This document shows positions 38,844-50,140 of a stretch of 64,000 bases of DNA, piece by piece. A program made the position numbers and the translations under genes. The notes under the pieces are model-generated. The model was not told where the DNA came from. It saw only the letters and a program-made list of their open reading frames with translations, and searched no databases. How positions within the stretch are numbered: the stretch's first letter is position 1; every line of letters begins with the position of its first letter. Source of the DNA: Candidatus Gottesmanbacteria bacterium (GTDB lineage: Bacteria > Patescibacteriota > Microgenomatia > UBA10105 > UBA927); the NCBI GenBank assembly GCA_023245355.1, contig JAHFKN010000002.1:8460-72459 (forward strand), written 5' to 3'.

Positions 38844-39095
38844 CTATTTCTTCCGACGCATCAAATGATTCGCCGGCGTGGTAAAAATTTTTGCCACAAA
38901 CATAAGGTAGATAAATTCCAGAATGCCGAGCGTATGAACCAGAAGAAAAACGATAAACCATATGTTGTGACCGCGTCGTGCACTATGCCATAACGCCATC
39001 GCGGACCACACGAGTGACCATAACGCGAGAATTCCTATCCCTACTCCTAAAAAGGATTCTACATTTACTCTGCCGTTACCCAAATACCATGGCAT
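38844..39095 (-). CDS. Small membrane protein (DUF5652-like)
   Basis: WSLVW..ALWHSARR...WF...HTLGILEFIY. Confidence 0.7.
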   Translation of the reverse strand: MPWYLGNGRVNVESFLGVGIGILALWSLVWSAMALWHSARRGHNIWFIVFLLVHTLGILEFIYLMFVAKIFTTPANHLMRRKK

Positions 39096-39101
39096 ATTTT
39101 T

Positions 39102-39755
39102 TTAGAGGAACTTCATGACGTTCGATTTTTGGCGAAGTTCCAAAAACCAGGATTGCAATTTTTCACTGACTGTATTGCCGATAATCGCTTTCTTCGCTTC
39201 CTCGCGGAGCGTTGCCGGCTCGGTAGCAGTAAGCAATGCGCGGTTTGTCGCAATATAATTATCGATATCCGTTTCTGTAATTGTCAGGTCGCGGCTCAAT
39301 AACTTTTCAACAGTGAGCTGCATTTTTAACTGCTGATTAAAATCATTTTCCGTTAATCCCTGAAACTTCAGAAAATCCTGCAGGTTTACTTCTGTTCCCA
39401 AACTTGAAAGAATTTCTTTCTGTTTATCCTGTATATCCGCATTTGTGATGACGACACCGGATTTTTTGGCTTCATTGGCGATTAACACCTCGCCGATCAT
39501 GCCTTCCAATGTCTGCTGTCCGTATCTGGTCCGCAACGTATGATTTAACTGCCAGCTGAAAATCGGCTTTCCGTTTACGATTGCCGCCAACACCAAGCCT
39601 TTATTTGCAGCAGCAAGCACCATAAATAACACCGCAAGACCAATAAGAACCCAGCGCCACGGAAACACCGGACGGCGTGTTATAACAGGAACTGACGACT
39701 CAAATTGCGGAGGGACGGGAACGGAAGATTTTTTTACTGATGCTTTTTTTGCCAT
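39102..39755 (-). CDS. SurA N-terminal/PrsA-like chaperone domain protein
   Basis: TM helix then AAIVNGKPI and helical chaperone domain; no parvulin domain. Confidence 0.75.
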   Translation of the reverse strand: MAKKASVKKSSVPVPPQFESSVPVITRRPVFPWRWVLIGLAVLFMVLAAANKGLVLAAIVNGKPIFSWQLNHTLRTRYGQQTLEGMIGEVLIANEAKKSGVVITNADIQDKQKEILSSLGTEVNLQDFLKFQGLTENDFNQQLKMQLTVEKLLSRDLTITETDIDNYIATNRALLTATEPATLREEAKKAIIGNTVSEKLQSWFLELRQKSNVMKFL

Positions 39756-39931
39756 AATGTAAGATGAATAATTTGTATAATGTGTACCTCTCATTAGAGG
39801 TACTCAGGGAGAATATCATACATGCCACAGGTGTTCAAGATGTGCATTGCGGCTCCTCAATATACGGCCCTTCCTCCAGACAACGCTTGTCTTCCTTATG
39901 TAACCCATACTATACTTCCCAATAGGTATAA

Positions 39932-40444
39932 ATGAGCAAACAACACTCTCCGGAACCGGCTGATAAAAATGAAGGTCCTTTGCCTCCGGGATTCCCGCAC
40001 TATACCCGATTATTTTCCGCATTACCCCGACTCCCACGGCTGAGCATTACCGGGAAAATATTGATATGGTCGGTTTTGACCATTGCCATATACACAAACC
40101 TGACGATAACGGATTTCGCTGCAGCAAAACAACTTAATGCCTTCTTAGGACAGCGCATGACGTTTTTTGCCTCCGGAAAAACCTCACAGGCTATATTAGG
40201 AGCATCACAAACACAGCCAAACGGTAATAACCAGATACATACCACAGCGGACACCAGGTATGCGTACTGGATGGAAATTATCCGCGCACACCCGGATTAT
40301 CGTGACGGGTATTTTATGGTAGCCACCCTCGCCTATCAACGCGGAAATATACGGGAAGCGCGGGAATATCTGAATAAAGTCCGTGAAATTGACCCTAATT
40401 ATCCGGGCATTCCGCAGTTGGCTGAACTGCTTTCTGAAGAATAA
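39932..40444 (+). CDS. TPR-containing membrane-anchored protein
   Basis: HPDYRDGY...A..AYQRG...EA...L......DPN. Confidence 0.7.
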   Translation: MSKQHSPEPADKNEGPLPPGFPHYTRLFSALPRLPRLSITGKILIWSVLTIAIYTNLTITDFAAAKQLNAFLGQRMTFFASGKTSQAILGASQTQPNGNNQIHTTADTRYAYWMEIIRAHPDYRDGYFMVATLAYQRGNIREAREYLNKVREIDPNYPGIPQLAELLSEE

Positions 40445-40447
40445 TAA

Positions 40448-41155
40448 TTATTTTGCTTCCGGTTTAGCAGCGTCCTCCGGCTTTTTCTCAGAAGATGCTT
40501 CCTCTGTCTTGGCACCCTCTTCACCCGCAGTCGCGCCTTCTTCTGCGGCGGTCGCGGTTTGTGCTGCGGCCTCCTGCGCTGCCTGCTCTTCAGCTGCTTT
40601 ACTTACCAGTGCACCGACTTTCACGACACCGACTGTGCTGTCAGAAAGTACCGTAACTCCCGACGGAATACTCAAATCCGAAACTTTTAATTCCTGATCT
40701 ACCTCAGCAAGTACCGATACATCCACTTCGATCTTTTCCGGTAAATCAGTCGGAAGTGCCTCCACTTCAATTTCGGAAACAAGACTTAACAATACTCCTT
40801 GCTTTTGTACCACGACCGGTGATTCACCGACAAATACCAATGGCACGTTTGCATGAACCTTCTCTTTAAGGTCAACCTGGTGAAATTCTACGTGAAGTAT
40901 GGAGTCCTTCACCGGATGCCGCTGTACATGATGGACCAGTACCGGCTTCGTACTTCCGTCCAACACAAGCTCAATAAGTCCGGTTAATCCAGTTTCAGCA
41001 AACACCTTCGCAAAATCCATAGAAGAGACGAGAAGATTTTCGCTTTCTAATTTTTTGCCGTACACGGTCGCCGGAAGCTGTCCCTGCTGTCGCAGCTTCT
41101 TCACTTTTCTACCCAACATTTCGCGCTTTTGTGCTTTCAACGTATGTTTCTTCAT
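40448..41155 (-). CDS. rplY: 50S ribosomal protein L25 (CTC type)
   Basis: LR..G.LPATVYG, QRHPV...ILHVEF and the C-terminal CTC domain. Confidence 0.96.
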   Translation of the reverse strand: MKKHTLKAQKREMLGRKVKKLRQQGQLPATVYGKKLESENLLVSSMDFAKVFAETGLTGLIELVLDGSTKPVLVHHVQRHPVKDSILHVEFHQVDLKEKVHANVPLVFVGESPVVVQKQGVLLSLVSEIEVEALPTDLPEKIEVDVSVLAEVDQELKVSDLSIPSGVTVLSDSTVGVVKVGALVSKAAEEQAAQEAAAQTATAAEEGATAGEEGAKTEEASSEKKPEDAAKPEAK

Positions 41156-43617
41156 AAGTTTTTTTGAAATATCACGCGGAACTTCGCGTCTTTAGTAAGA
41201 GTTGTATTGTACTCAAGGACAGACCCTTTTGCAATACCGCCCTCTCCTGACGAGCTCCATGACCCCGGATACCGCAAAACGACATGCCAAGGTATTTCTG
41301 ATACTCCTGACTGCTTTCTCATTGTCAGCTGATAAATGGCGGACGTGTCAAATGCGAGGGCGCCATAGCGTTTCCATGACAATGAAAGCTGACTTGTCTG
41401 CCGCGGACGGACAGTTATGGGGATATGCACAATGCTGTATGTTTTTCCTGATTCCTCAAACCAATATGGTGCGGGCGGCGGGACGGCATTTGTCACATCG
41501 CGTGCCGGCACGAGTGCCCCGTCTAGACTTACTTCACGGACTTCCGCGCCGAGAGGAATCAGCAATCTCATATATACCTGGTATGCCCCGCTCCCGTCCG
41601 GCAACACGGGTGCACCGTTTGAAATCTTAAGGGTTAGTGCGTGTTCCAGAGTTCCGTCGGGATCGATAGTTATTTGTGACAACACCTCCCGTGTTACGAA
41701 AAAGTTTGTTTTATTCACACCGAGGTTTGCTTCAATAATTGCCAACCCGTCACCCTTACACGGAATTTGCTGTGCAACGACATCACATGATTCAAGCGTC
41801 ACTTCCCCACCCCAGTTCCACTGTGTGACGAGCGCCTGCAATTGCTGATCCACAAAATAAAACTGTATGTCACGTGACTGAATGGATTCCGTCATGACAT
41901 GAAGCAGTGCTCCTGCGGACAATGACCGGTCCGTTGTGATTCGCGTAAGCAGTGCATTTGTGAGTGCACCCAAAAAATCTTTCTTCTGCGTGCTGCCCGG
42001 AAAAAAATCCGTTTGGGTATACAGCAGCGATTTCGCAAAAAAATTGCCGGCGGATATCCGCTCGTTAAAATCAAGCAGCTCTATCGGCCCTGTCACGGAC
42101 AGCAATTTTGTCACCATCGGAAGACTTATCGCAATCACGCCATCAACTTTTACACCCATTTCCTTTTCATAAAACCATGCTGCTTTCTCGCCGCTTACCG
42201 AAAAATTCGGATCCCAGTTACTGTCGCGGAGATACCAGTGCTCATTCCCGAGTATCTCCCTGATAGCCAAAGGCGGATCTACATGCCCTTTTAATTGACC
42301 GTCAGCCGTATACACATCCTGGACATCCAGCGATTCAACACGTCCGTCCAAAAATGTCACCAGCAGAAGACTGCCGATAAATCCTCCTGTCGGCCGCAAT
42401 TCCATGCTGTTTTGGAGCAAAACCAGATACGTCTGTTTTTTCCGGAAGCCGCCGATACGCGGGTATAACGCAAGAAGTTTTTCTGTGTATCCCACTATTT
42501 CCCTTACTCTGCTTAATTCCGTAATTCCTTTGTTTGCCATTCTTGACACGGTCGCAGTATTAAACGGAAATCGCCTGCTCATAAGTAATGAGTCAAGTTG
42601 CGCAGCTACCAACGCGAGATGCTGCGATACCCGGGATACCTCACTGGTTAATGCCGTCACTTCTACGAGCCCTGCTCGCTGTTGTTTATCCTCCGGAAAA
42701 AATATTCCTCCCGCAACGATTCTGCTTGTCCGGAAAATCGTCAGTACTCCGGACTCGACTTTAGACACGTCATCTAATATAGAGAGTAACCGCTCCTGGT
42801 CCTGTACCATTCCTCCCTGACCCAGTAACACAAAAACCGGGGATCCCAGATGCAGCAATACCTGCGCCGTCTGTACATAAGAATTGCCGTACCCTAATAA
42901 TGTACCGGTCCACCTCGACTCGCCTTTCGTTAAAGTTTTCCCTGCCGCTGCCAACAGTCCGATTCCGGCCCCGACTGAAAGTATATACAACAGAACCGGC
43001 ACAAGCAGCGTTAACAGACCTAGGATTACCCACTGAAATCCCTTTACTCGTGTGCGCGTTGCTTTGACTAAGCCGTATTGTTTCTTGGAAGCAAATATCA
43101 CCTGCATGGCATCCGCGATACGTTTCTTGTCACTTCTGTTTTGTGACTCCGCTTCTGCTGTGTACTCACGTGGTGGTTCCGTTATGATTACACTCTTCTT
43201 TTTTAAGGGACTGAGTTCTTTTCGGCTGCTTTTGATTTGCGCACGCTCAGTGAAGAAGAACGTGAATATCGACCGCACCTCAGTTGCGGATATTGTGTGA
43301 GGGTCAATAAAGTAAAATTTAATTTTCTGCTGACGGACCGAAGACAGGTCGTTCTCATCGCCTTCGTAAATTACCGCAAGTTTTTTTGAGGCTGTCCAAT
43401 CTGCCTGTTCGAAAAAAGATTTCACGAAGTCGGCGTCACCGACACAAATAACGTAGTGAGGAACGGCCGCAGTATCCCGATTGATGACCGTGCGGCACCC
43501 GTGCGACTCCAAATATTCCCGCAGGGGTTCTACATAAAGCGCATTCTGCGCCTCAATCCGGGCTATCGGAGAAGCCAATTCTCCGGAGGTATTTGATTCA
43601 TGCATTGAAGAGGTCAT
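41152..43617 (-). CDS. DUF4012-domain membrane-anchored protein
   Basis: YLVLLQNSMELRPTGGFIGS, LRDSNWDPNF, VDGVIAI and N.GVNK.N. Confidence 0.85.
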   Translation of the reverse strand: MTSSMHESNTSGELASPIARIEAQNALYVEPLREYLESHGCRTVINRDTAAVPHYVICVGDADFVKSFFEQADWTASKKLAVIYEGDENDLSSVRQQKIKFYFIDPHTISATEVRSIFTFFFTERAQIKSSRKELSPLKKKSVIITEPPREYTAEAESQNRSDKKRIADAMQVIFASKKQYGLVKATRTRVKGFQWVILGLLTLLVPVLLYILSVGAGIGLLAAAGKTLTKGESRWTGTLLGYGNSYVQTAQVLLHLGSPVFVLLGQGGMVQDQERLLSILDDVSKVESGVLTIFRTSRIVAGGIFFPEDKQQRAGLVEVTALTSEVSRVSQHLALVAAQLDSLLMSRRFPFNTATVSRMANKGITELSRVREIVGYTEKLLALYPRIGGFRKKQTYLVLLQNSMELRPTGGFIGSLLLVTFLDGRVESLDVQDVYTADGQLKGHVDPPLAIREILGNEHWYLRDSNWDPNFSVSGEKAAWFYEKEMGVKVDGVIAISLPMVTKLLSVTGPIELLDFNERISAGNFFAKSLLYTQTDFFPGSTQKKDFLGALTNALLTRITTDRSLSAGALLHVMTESIQSRDIQFYFVDQQLQALVTQWNWGGEVTLESCDVVAQQIPCKGDGLAIIEANLGVNKTNFFVTREVLSQITIDPDGTLEHALTLKISNGAPVLPDGSGAYQVYMRLLIPLGAEVREVSLDGALVPARDVTNAVPPPAPYWFEESGKTYSIVHIPITVRPRQTSQLSLSWKRYGALAFDTSAIYQLTMRKQSGVSEIPWHVVLRYPGSWSSSGEGGIAKGSVLEYNTTLTKDAKFRVIFQKNL

Positions 43618-43725
43618 AAAAGGAGTAATCCGCCGTGTTTGTATTATGACAAAACAAGGTACCGAAAACAACACAAACAAATTGAGCCTTTTAGGTATCG
43701 GGAGAAGTATCGGACATGAGCAAAC

Positions 43726-44163
43726 TCAGGAATCGAGCGCGTGGTTAACGAAATAGTCCGCGCGCCTGTTTTGCTCCCTGGGGACGGCGGCGTATCTGAT
43801 GACTGCAGGAAGACTCGACTCAAGAATCCTGACTGACGTAAGCAACTCCCGAAGATGCGGCTCTTTCACTTTATACAGTCCGTTTATCTGATGCACGACA
43901 AGCGTTGAGTCCAGATAGAACATCACTTCGTCCGACTCCCCCGGCCGCGACGGTTCATCGAGCGCAATCAGATACTTCAGGGCTTCTATCACGGCAGTGT
44001 ACTCGGCGGTATTATTGGTAGTCTCGCCTATTTTTTTTCCAAATTCAGAGACAACTCGCGTTTTATGATCCTTCCCGCTCTCCACTGATTCGATTACTAC
44101 TCCGACTGCCGCAGGTCCGGGATTACCACGTGCGCCTCCGTCGGTATGAATAATGAATTTCAT
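43726..44163 (-). CDS. rnhA: Ribonuclease HI
   Basis: TDGGARGNPGP, TNNTAEY, DSTLV and REQN..AD. Confidence 0.95.
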   Translation of the reverse strand: MKFIIHTDGGARGNPGPAAVGVVIESVESGKDHKTRVVSEFGKKIGETTNNTAEYTAVIEALKYLIALDEPSRPGESDEVMFYLDSTLVVHQINGLYKVKEPHLRELLTSVRILESSLPAVIRYAAVPREQNRRADYFVNHALDS

Positions 44164-45452
44164 TTTGTGTTTCCTGAAGAATTAAAATCTATTTTTTTGA
44201 AAACAACAACTGCTGAAGATAATAACACAAACACTTCGGAGAGTACGGTGATCCATGCCGCGGCCGTCATACCGAACCGGGGTATGAATATGCTGTTACT
44301 TATTATGTTTCCTATCATTGCCGCTCCGTGAATAAGCAGAAGAACTCCCTGTAATTTGCGTGCGATAAGAAACCACATAAATAATGCAGACGTGAAAAAA
44401 ATCGGTAATCCCAAAATAAGAATCCTGAGAGGTACCTGTGCGCCGGCAAAATCCGGCCTGACAAGAGCGACAAACGGAGCGGCTACCCAGAACAGTATTC
44501 CTAACACCAGGGAACTGCCGAACAAAAACTGAAGTGAGCGGGTAAAAATTTTTTTCTGGCTGTTATATGAGAGAAGCAGCGGATATACGGCGTTCATAAA
44601 AAAAATCGGGAGAACCAGAGGCAACTCAAAAATTTTGTATGCCAGGCCGTAAATACCTACTTCACTGGTCGAACGTGTCAGGGTAAGCACAACACTGTCC
44701 GAGTGAAAATATATAAGATTAAAAATTAGCGCCAGCCCCAGGGGAGTACCGGTACGCATATATGACGCAAACTCCGGAAGTGAAATTGCAGGCCTGATAG
44801 TACCCAGACGGTTCCGCACCAAGCCAAGCGCGATAATTGCAGTAGCCAGACTACCGGCAAACACGGATATGACTCCCAGGTACGGCCCGGATACGGAAGT
44901 CCACAAAGACAGCATCACGGCAACGACGAGCATAGTAATGGATCCGGTATTTAATGCAATTGTGGAAAGATCGTAACGGAGCATCTGCTGAAAAAATGCG
45001 TTCGTCGTAGTTGTAACTGCCTGCGCAATAATAACCGGGACCAGCATGACAATACCGACCCGCACAAGCATCGTATACCCCTGGCCGCTCCCGGAGGGGA
45101 TAAGGGAGAGAATAATAAGTGCTACGCAAACGAGCAATATACTTATTACCAGACGCAGGCCCAACAACAATTGCCACGCCTTGCCTGCGGTTTTGATTTC
45201 ATCTTTATCAACACCGATGATCCGCTGAAGATACACGGCATTTAGCCCAAAATCGGCGATCAGGTAAAAAAAGCTGACGTATGTTGTGATTTTTACGAAA
45301 TCACCGTATCCTTCCGGACCATACCGCTTGGCGATTAATAAACTAACGATGACAATCGTGACGGAACTTACGGCTCTTCCGATAAGCTGACTCACCGTGT
45401 TACCGGCCACGATTCGCCTCAGTGAACCTTTGGGAAACAAATCCGTAAACAT
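44160..45452 (-). CDS. Oligosaccharide flippase (Wzx/MOP family)
   Basis: About 12 TM helices; G..GYG, ADFGL and EVGIYGLAYK. Confidence 0.88.
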   Translation of the reverse strand: MFTDLFPKGSLRRIVAGNTVSQLIGRAVSSVTIVIVSLLIAKRYGPEGYGDFVKITTYVSFFYLIADFGLNAVYLQRIIGVDKDEIKTAGKAWQLLLGLRLVISILLVCVALIILSLIPSGSGQGYTMLVRVGIVMLVPVIIAQAVTTTTNAFFQQMLRYDLSTIALNTGSITMLVVAVMLSLWTSVSGPYLGVISVFAGSLATAIIALGLVRNRLGTIRPAISLPEFASYMRTGTPLGLALIFNLIYFHSDSVVLTLTRSTSEVGIYGLAYKIFELPLVLPIFFMNAVYPLLLSYNSQKKIFTRSLQFLFGSSLVLGILFWVAAPFVALVRPDFAGAQVPLRILILGLPIFFTSALFMWFLIARKLQGVLLLIHGAAMIGNIISNSIFIPRFGMTAAAWITVLSEVFVLLSSAVVVFKKIDFNSSGNTK

Positions 45453-45470
45453 GGAGCCATTGTAGCACGT

Positions 45471-46796
45471 TCACCGATTTTCGCTTGTGAACGCAAATGA
45501 AAAAAGGACGACAATCCACAGCTGTCCCTGCTGAAGCGTAAGAGGGTAGTGATCTGCAAAGCCGGCCATAAGCACCCCGCACAATGAAAGAAAAAATATG
45601 TGTGCTGAGGAAAACGGCTGTACATGAATATGACGGATCAGATTCTTTACGCGTATCCAGATAGCAGCGAAAAACAGGCATAAACCAAGCAACCCTGTTT
45701 CGGATAAAAGAAGAAGGTATATATTGTGAACTGGCTGCAGAAAATTAATCTGCCTGCCCGCCGTACTTTGCGGCAATGCAACCAAAAAATTACCGAGCCC
45801 GATACCAACGACGGGCGACTGCCGCCATAATGAAATAGCGACATTGCTCAGAGTAATTCTGCGGACGACACTTTCATCGGACAAGGACGGCTGAAATATA
45901 CCTGTCATGGTAATAAGGCTGATGACAAAAAAACTTATCACGATGAGGAAAACCGTAAACGGTACGTTTCCGCTGTGCGATCGGCTGGAAAAACTCCGAA
46001 GGAGGATACCCATAATTCCGATAAGAATTGCGGCCCCGATACTCCATGCACTCCTGCTCAATGTCAGCGCCAATGCAATGTATCCCAAAATGAGTACAAC
46101 CCAATAATAATACCTGTGCATCGTGTGTTGCTTTGTCTGAAAACTCATAATCAGTGCGTAGATGATAAAGGGGAGTGAGGTTGCCAAAAATCCCCCCAAC
46201 ACATTCGGGTGAGGAAACGTCCCATATGGCCGGAGTAACAGTTCACAGGTCGAAATAAACGGGGAACAAAAGTTAAACCGGGAAATACCCGGAGTATCCA
46301 AAGCAAATGCACGTTCTCCGAGAAACCAAAACAATCCGCCGGCTGAGTGTTGGAGGATAAACTGAGTGATCGCCAGACCGGATGAATACAGTATCCCTAC
46401 GGACAGTGCGTCAATCATCTCTTTGATGACCGGTCTTGTGCGCACGATATACCAGCCAAGTCCTGCAAATTCCAATATTTTCATCCACTTGTAGAGAGCC
46501 ACTTCCTGATTGGCCGAATGCAATACGTTTACCGTAACCGCACCCAGAATAGCCAGTGCGATAATAACCAGTCGCCCGGGAATACGAATCACAGGGTGGT
46601 TTCGGTTTTTCGCTGCACTCTGTATCCACCAAGCCGCCAACAGGGCAATAAGCACGAGGTCAGTCAGGAATATTGTAGGGGAGAGGTAATCAATTTTTCT
46701 TCCGAGCAGGTATGCCCATGCAGGCCAAAAATGAAATCCAAGCTGAGTCGGGAGAAGAATAAGCAAAAACAAAAATAGCCGCCGGTGAATAGCCAT
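45471..46796 (-). CDS. O-antigen ligase/polymerase family protein
   Basis: RPYGTFPHPN, TLSRSAW and HNIYL...ETG. Confidence 0.88.
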   Translation of the reverse strand: MAIHRRLFLFLLILLPTQLGFHFWPAWAYLLGRKIDYLSPTIFLTDLVLIALLAAWWIQSAAKNRNHPVIRIPGRLVIIALAILGAVTVNVLHSANQEVALYKWMKILEFAGLGWYIVRTRPVIKEMIDALSVGILYSSGLAITQFILQHSAGGLFWFLGERAFALDTPGISRFNFCSPFISTCELLLRPYGTFPHPNVLGGFLATSLPFIIYALIMSFQTKQHTMHRYYYWVVLILGYIALALTLSRSAWSIGAAILIGIMGILLRSFSSRSHSGNVPFTVFLIVISFFVISLITMTGIFQPSLSDESVVRRITLSNVAISLWRQSPVVGIGLGNFLVALPQSTAGRQINFLQPVHNIYLLLLSETGLLGLCLFFAAIWIRVKNLIRHIHVQPFSSAHIFFLSLCGVLMAGFADHYPLTLQQGQLWIVVLFSFAFTSENR

Positions 46797-46826
46797 TAGC
46801 GCTATTATACCTCTCTGTGAAGCTGA

Positions 46827-47276
46827 TTATTTCGGTTTTACCAGAAGCGTGCGCTCATCACCCTCGCCTACGGATTCGGTTTCAATGCGTTCATCGCCTG
46901 AAAGTGTCAGGTGAATGATGCGGCGTTCTGACGGAGTCAGGCGCGCAAGCTCAACCGGACGACCCAATGCCAATGCCCGATCCGCGGCGCGTTGGGCCAT
47001 ATGCATAAGCGTTTCCTCACGCTTTTCCCGGTAATCACCGACATTTACATATGCTTTTACCCATCTGCCGAGCGATTTGGAAACGAGTATGCCTAAGATA
47101 AGCTGCAGACTCTCCAATGTCTTCCCGTGATGACCGATCAGCAATCCTGTTTCTTCCGTTTCGATACCGACCCGGAACGCGCCCGTTTCATCGGTTGTCA
47201 CGGCGACCGATCCTGCAATTTCCAGCTTAGCGAGCAAATCTTCTGCAATATGTTGAACTGTTTGTGTATCTTCCAT
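46827..47276 (-). CDS. jag: Jag/KhpB KH and R3H RNA-binding protein
   Basis: LIGHHGKTLESLQ and ERRIIH. Confidence 0.92.
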   Translation of the reverse strand: MEDTQTVQHIAEDLLAKLEIAGSVAVTTDETGAFRVGIETEETGLLIGHHGKTLESLQLILGILVSKSLGRWVKAYVNVGDYREKREETLMHMAQRAADRALALGRPVELARLTPSERRIIHLTLSGDERIETESVGEGDERTLLVKPK

Positions 47277-47287
47277 AGGTATATATA

Positions 47288-48082
47288 TTATTTCTCAGCG
47301 TTAATGCGGAGTTGTTGCATAATACCAAAAAGTCCGAATACGTTCCAGTAGAGCGCCAGCCCTAACGGAAACTGGTACGCAAACATCCCGAACATGACGG
47401 GAGTTATCATCGCCATCTGCTTCTGCATTTCCGCAGCCGTATCCTCGGGCTTCTTTTCATCTTTCCCGGGTGTTGCCAATTGTTTACCACCCTGTGCCGG
47501 GGCAACCTGCGGCATCATGAGTTTACTTTGCCACCACTGTAATCCTGCCGTAATCACGGGAATGAGCAATAACCACCAGCCGCGTGACTGCCATTCGCTT
47601 GGTTTCACCCCAAGATTCGTACCGAAAAATGACAAATCCAGCTGGGAGAGACGCAGAGCAGGGAAGTATAAAACTGCATTCAGATCAGTCACTAATTTTG
47701 TGATGTTGCCGTTCTGCAGTACCTGGTAGAAAACATTGTACAGTGCAATCAGCACCGGCATCTGGATAAGAAGAGGGAGACATCCGGCTGCAGGATTCAC
47801 CCCGTGTTCCTTATACAAATCAAGCTGTGCCTGTTGTAACGCCTTTTTATCATCTTTGTGCTTTACATTCAGGGCATCTAAATGAGGCTTTAACCGCTGC
47901 ATCTTTTTCGCGGATTTCATTTGAGCCGCCATAAGCGGGTAGAGAAGCAACCGGATAATAATCGTAAGCGCGATGACGGCAAACCCTAACGGACCGGGAA
48001 TATGCAGCCACTCAAACAACTTATAAAAAGCCACCAACAAATTGATAATCGGGTTAACAAAAAGGATATTCCAATAGTTCAT
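47288..48082 (-). CDS. yidC: Membrane protein insertase YidC
   Basis: GVNPAAGCLPLLIQMP and GLALYW. Confidence 0.96.
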   Translation of the reverse strand: MNYWNILFVNPIINLLVAFYKLFEWLHIPGPLGFAVIALTIIIRLLLYPLMAAQMKSAKKMQRLKPHLDALNVKHKDDKKALQQAQLDLYKEHGVNPAAGCLPLLIQMPVLIALYNVFYQVLQNGNITKLVTDLNAVLYFPALRLSQLDLSFFGTNLGVKPSEWQSRGWWLLLIPVITAGLQWWQSKLMMPQVAPAQGGKQLATPGKDEKKPEDTAAEMQKQMAMITPVMFGMFAYQFPLGLALYWNVFGLFGIMQQLRINAEK

Positions 48083-48111
48083 ATATTTTGTTCTCCTTGT
48101 AACAAATCTAC

Positions 48112-48345
48112 CTAAACGGGATCGTGTCCGCCTTTAGACCAAGGATGACAACGGAGAATTCGTCTCAGTCCCAAAATCGATCCTCTGATTATACCATAGC
48201 GATCGATTGCTTGATATGTATACTCGCTGCATGTCGGTTGAAATCTGCATGCGCTGTCGACCAGCCACAGGGATTTGAGCAATCCCGTATCAGGGGAGAG
48301 ATATTTTTGGTAAAACCGTATAGCGGAAAGAATACGGCGCTTCAT
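48112..48345 (-). CDS. yidD: Membrane protein insertion efficiency factor YidD
   Basis: [10 protein letters not shown] and [13 protein letters not shown]. Confidence 0.96.
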   Translation of the reverse strand: MKRRILSAIRFYQKYLSPDTGLLKSLWLVDSACRFQPTCSEYTYQAIDRYGIIRGSILGLRRILRCHPWSKGGHDPV

Positions 48346-48686
48346 ACTGATGCTCCGGTCAATAACTGCTTTTCCGCCAGGAGATTCCGTACAAGTGCAT
48401 GAACCGCGTCCTCGTGATCCGGCACTGCTGACCGCACCACAAACACTCCGGATGTTTGTTCTTTGATAAACGGCAGTAATTGCTGTATTGCTTCCCGTAT
48501 CAGCCGCTTCATGCGGTTCCGTTTCGCGGCTCGCTTATCCACCTTTGCGGAAACGATAACGGCAAACCGGGGGTGTGTTTGTTTTTTTTGGTATATAAGG
48601 TCGATACATGTACCGCGGATACGCGTTCCGCCGCGCAACAACGGAGGTATTTCTACGGAAGGAAGCCTATTGTAAGAAGAAAGCAT
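48342..48686 (-). CDS. rnpA: Ribonuclease P protein component
   Basis: [21 protein letters not shown]. Confidence 0.93.
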   Translation of the reverse strand: MLSSYNRLPSVEIPPLLRGGTRIRGTCIDLIYQKKQTHPRFAVIVSAKVDKRAAKRNRMKRLIREAIQQLLPFIKEQTSGVFVVRSAVPDHEDAVHALVRNLLAEKQLLTGASV

Positions 48687-48692
48687 GCGCTG

Positions 48693-48830
48693 TTAGACGG
48701 TAAGTTTTTTCCGTCCGGTTGCCCTGCGTCGTTTCAACACGAGACGGCCTTTGACACTTTTCATGCGCTCACGGAATCCGTGCACGCGCTTTCTTTTCAA
48801 TTTTTTCGGCTGGTAGGTGCGTTTCGGCAT
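48693..48830 (-). CDS. rpmH: 50S ribosomal protein L34
   Basis: MPKRTYQP...[11 protein letters not shown]. Confidence 0.97.
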   Translation of the reverse strand: MPKRTYQPKKLKRKRVHGFRERMKSVKGRLVLKRRRATGRKKLTV

Positions 48831-48892
48831 GGTGTAAGTATATCCAAAATCAGCACTGAACACAATACTACGCAAATTATGGGAACCCTGCG

Positions 48893-50140
48893 TTACTCAC
48901 CGATTTTTTTCACCCATGCCTTAAATTGCTCACCCCGGTCAGCATAATCCCGGAACATATTGTAACTTGCACTTGCAGGGGATAGGAGACATATGTTCCC
49001 TTTCTTAGTATTGGCATATGCTACATGAACCGCTTTTTCCATCGATTCCACATGGTATACCTGAGTTTGTTTTTTGGTGCGTTCCGATAAAGCATCCCAA
49101 ATCCGCTTCCCCGTATCAGGAAACAGAATAAGCGTTCCCACCGGATGGGTATCCAAATAGGCACCAAGCACGGAATAATCCAAATGTCTGTCGTAACCGC
49201 CGGCAATCAATGTAGAAACCTCCGGTCCTAACGCCGCTAAGGCATGAATCGTAGCCTGCGGAATCGTTGCCAATGAATCATTGTAAAACCGGATGCCATG
49301 ATATTCACCGGAAAACTCGAGCCGATGGGGAAGAGGCGTAAATGTTGCAAGCTGTCTGTCGATTATCTCCTGAGAAACACCGGTTACCCGTGCAACCATA
49401 ACTGCCGCGGCAATGTTCTCTGCATTCCCTAATATGTGAGAAGCAGAAACGCCGGACTCATTCACATGAAACGGTTTGTGTACGGCTTTTCCCATTCGTG
49501 CTACCGCAGCTACTTCCGGGTGATCCGGGTTATATACCATGACATCTGACCCCGTCTGATACCTGATAATATTTGATTTTGCCGATACATACGACGCAAA
49601 ATCCCGGTAGTAATCCATATGCTCTGACACGATGCCCAACAGGACGGCGATATGCGGACTATACCGCACATCGGAAAGCTGATGACTGGAAAGTTCGATA
49701 ACAAATACCGTATCGGGATTCTCACTGTCTAACTCATCTAACATGGGGGTCCCGATATTACCTACCAACCGCACGTCCGCATAGTGCTTAGTAAGTATGT
49801 GTGCAATAAGACTGCTTGTCGTGCTTTTCCCCTTGGTTCCGGTAACTCCGACGGTCATTCCTTTTACAAGAGAAAAAAAGATATTCGTAGCCGACGTAAC
49901 ATGCCCGCCTTTTTGAACATACTCCTGCATCTTTCCGGAATACGGGGACACACCGGGACTCCGTATAACGGAATCGTAGTCACCAAGATGCTCAAGATAT
50001 GCGTCCCCGTCTGTTTTTTTGTCCGCTATAGCAATATGAAGTGACGGATAATGCTTTTTGAGCCACGCATGAACGCTTTTTCCCTCCCGTCCGTACCCGA
50101 GAATTAAAACGGAATTACCCCGAATTTCATTTGTACGCAT
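48893..50140 (-). CDS. murD: UDP-MurNAc-L-Ala:glutamate ligase (MurD, likely the L-Glu-adding MurD2)
   Basis: [29 protein letters not shown] and LSPASAS; overlaps murL; start at MRTNEI. Confidence 0.92.
   Translation of the reverse strand: MRTNEIRGNSVLILGYGREGKSVHAWLKKHYPSLHIAIADKKTDGDAYLEHLGDYDSVIRSPGVSPYSGKMQEYVQKGGHVTSATNIFFSLVKGMTVGVTGTKGKSTTSSLIAHILTKHYADVRLVGNIGTPMLDELDSENPDTVFVIELSSHQLSDVRYSPHIAVLLGIVSEHMDYYRDFASYVSAKSNIIRYQTGSDVMVYNPDHPEVAAVARMGKAVHKPFHVNESGVSASHILGNAENIAAAVMVARVTGVSQEIIDRQLATFTPLPHRLEFSGEYHGIRFYNDSLATIPQATIHALAALGPEVSTLIAGGYDRHLDYSVLGAYLDTHPVGTLILFPDTGKRIWDALSERTKKQTQVYHVESMEKAVHVAYANTKKGNICLLSPASASYNMFRDYADRGEQFKAWVKKIGE

Noticed and set aside
48830-48893. Replication origin next to rpmH-rnpA-yidC
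   Set aside because: The upstream gap is only about 60 bp, has no TTATCCACA boxes and is flanked by murD, not dnaA.
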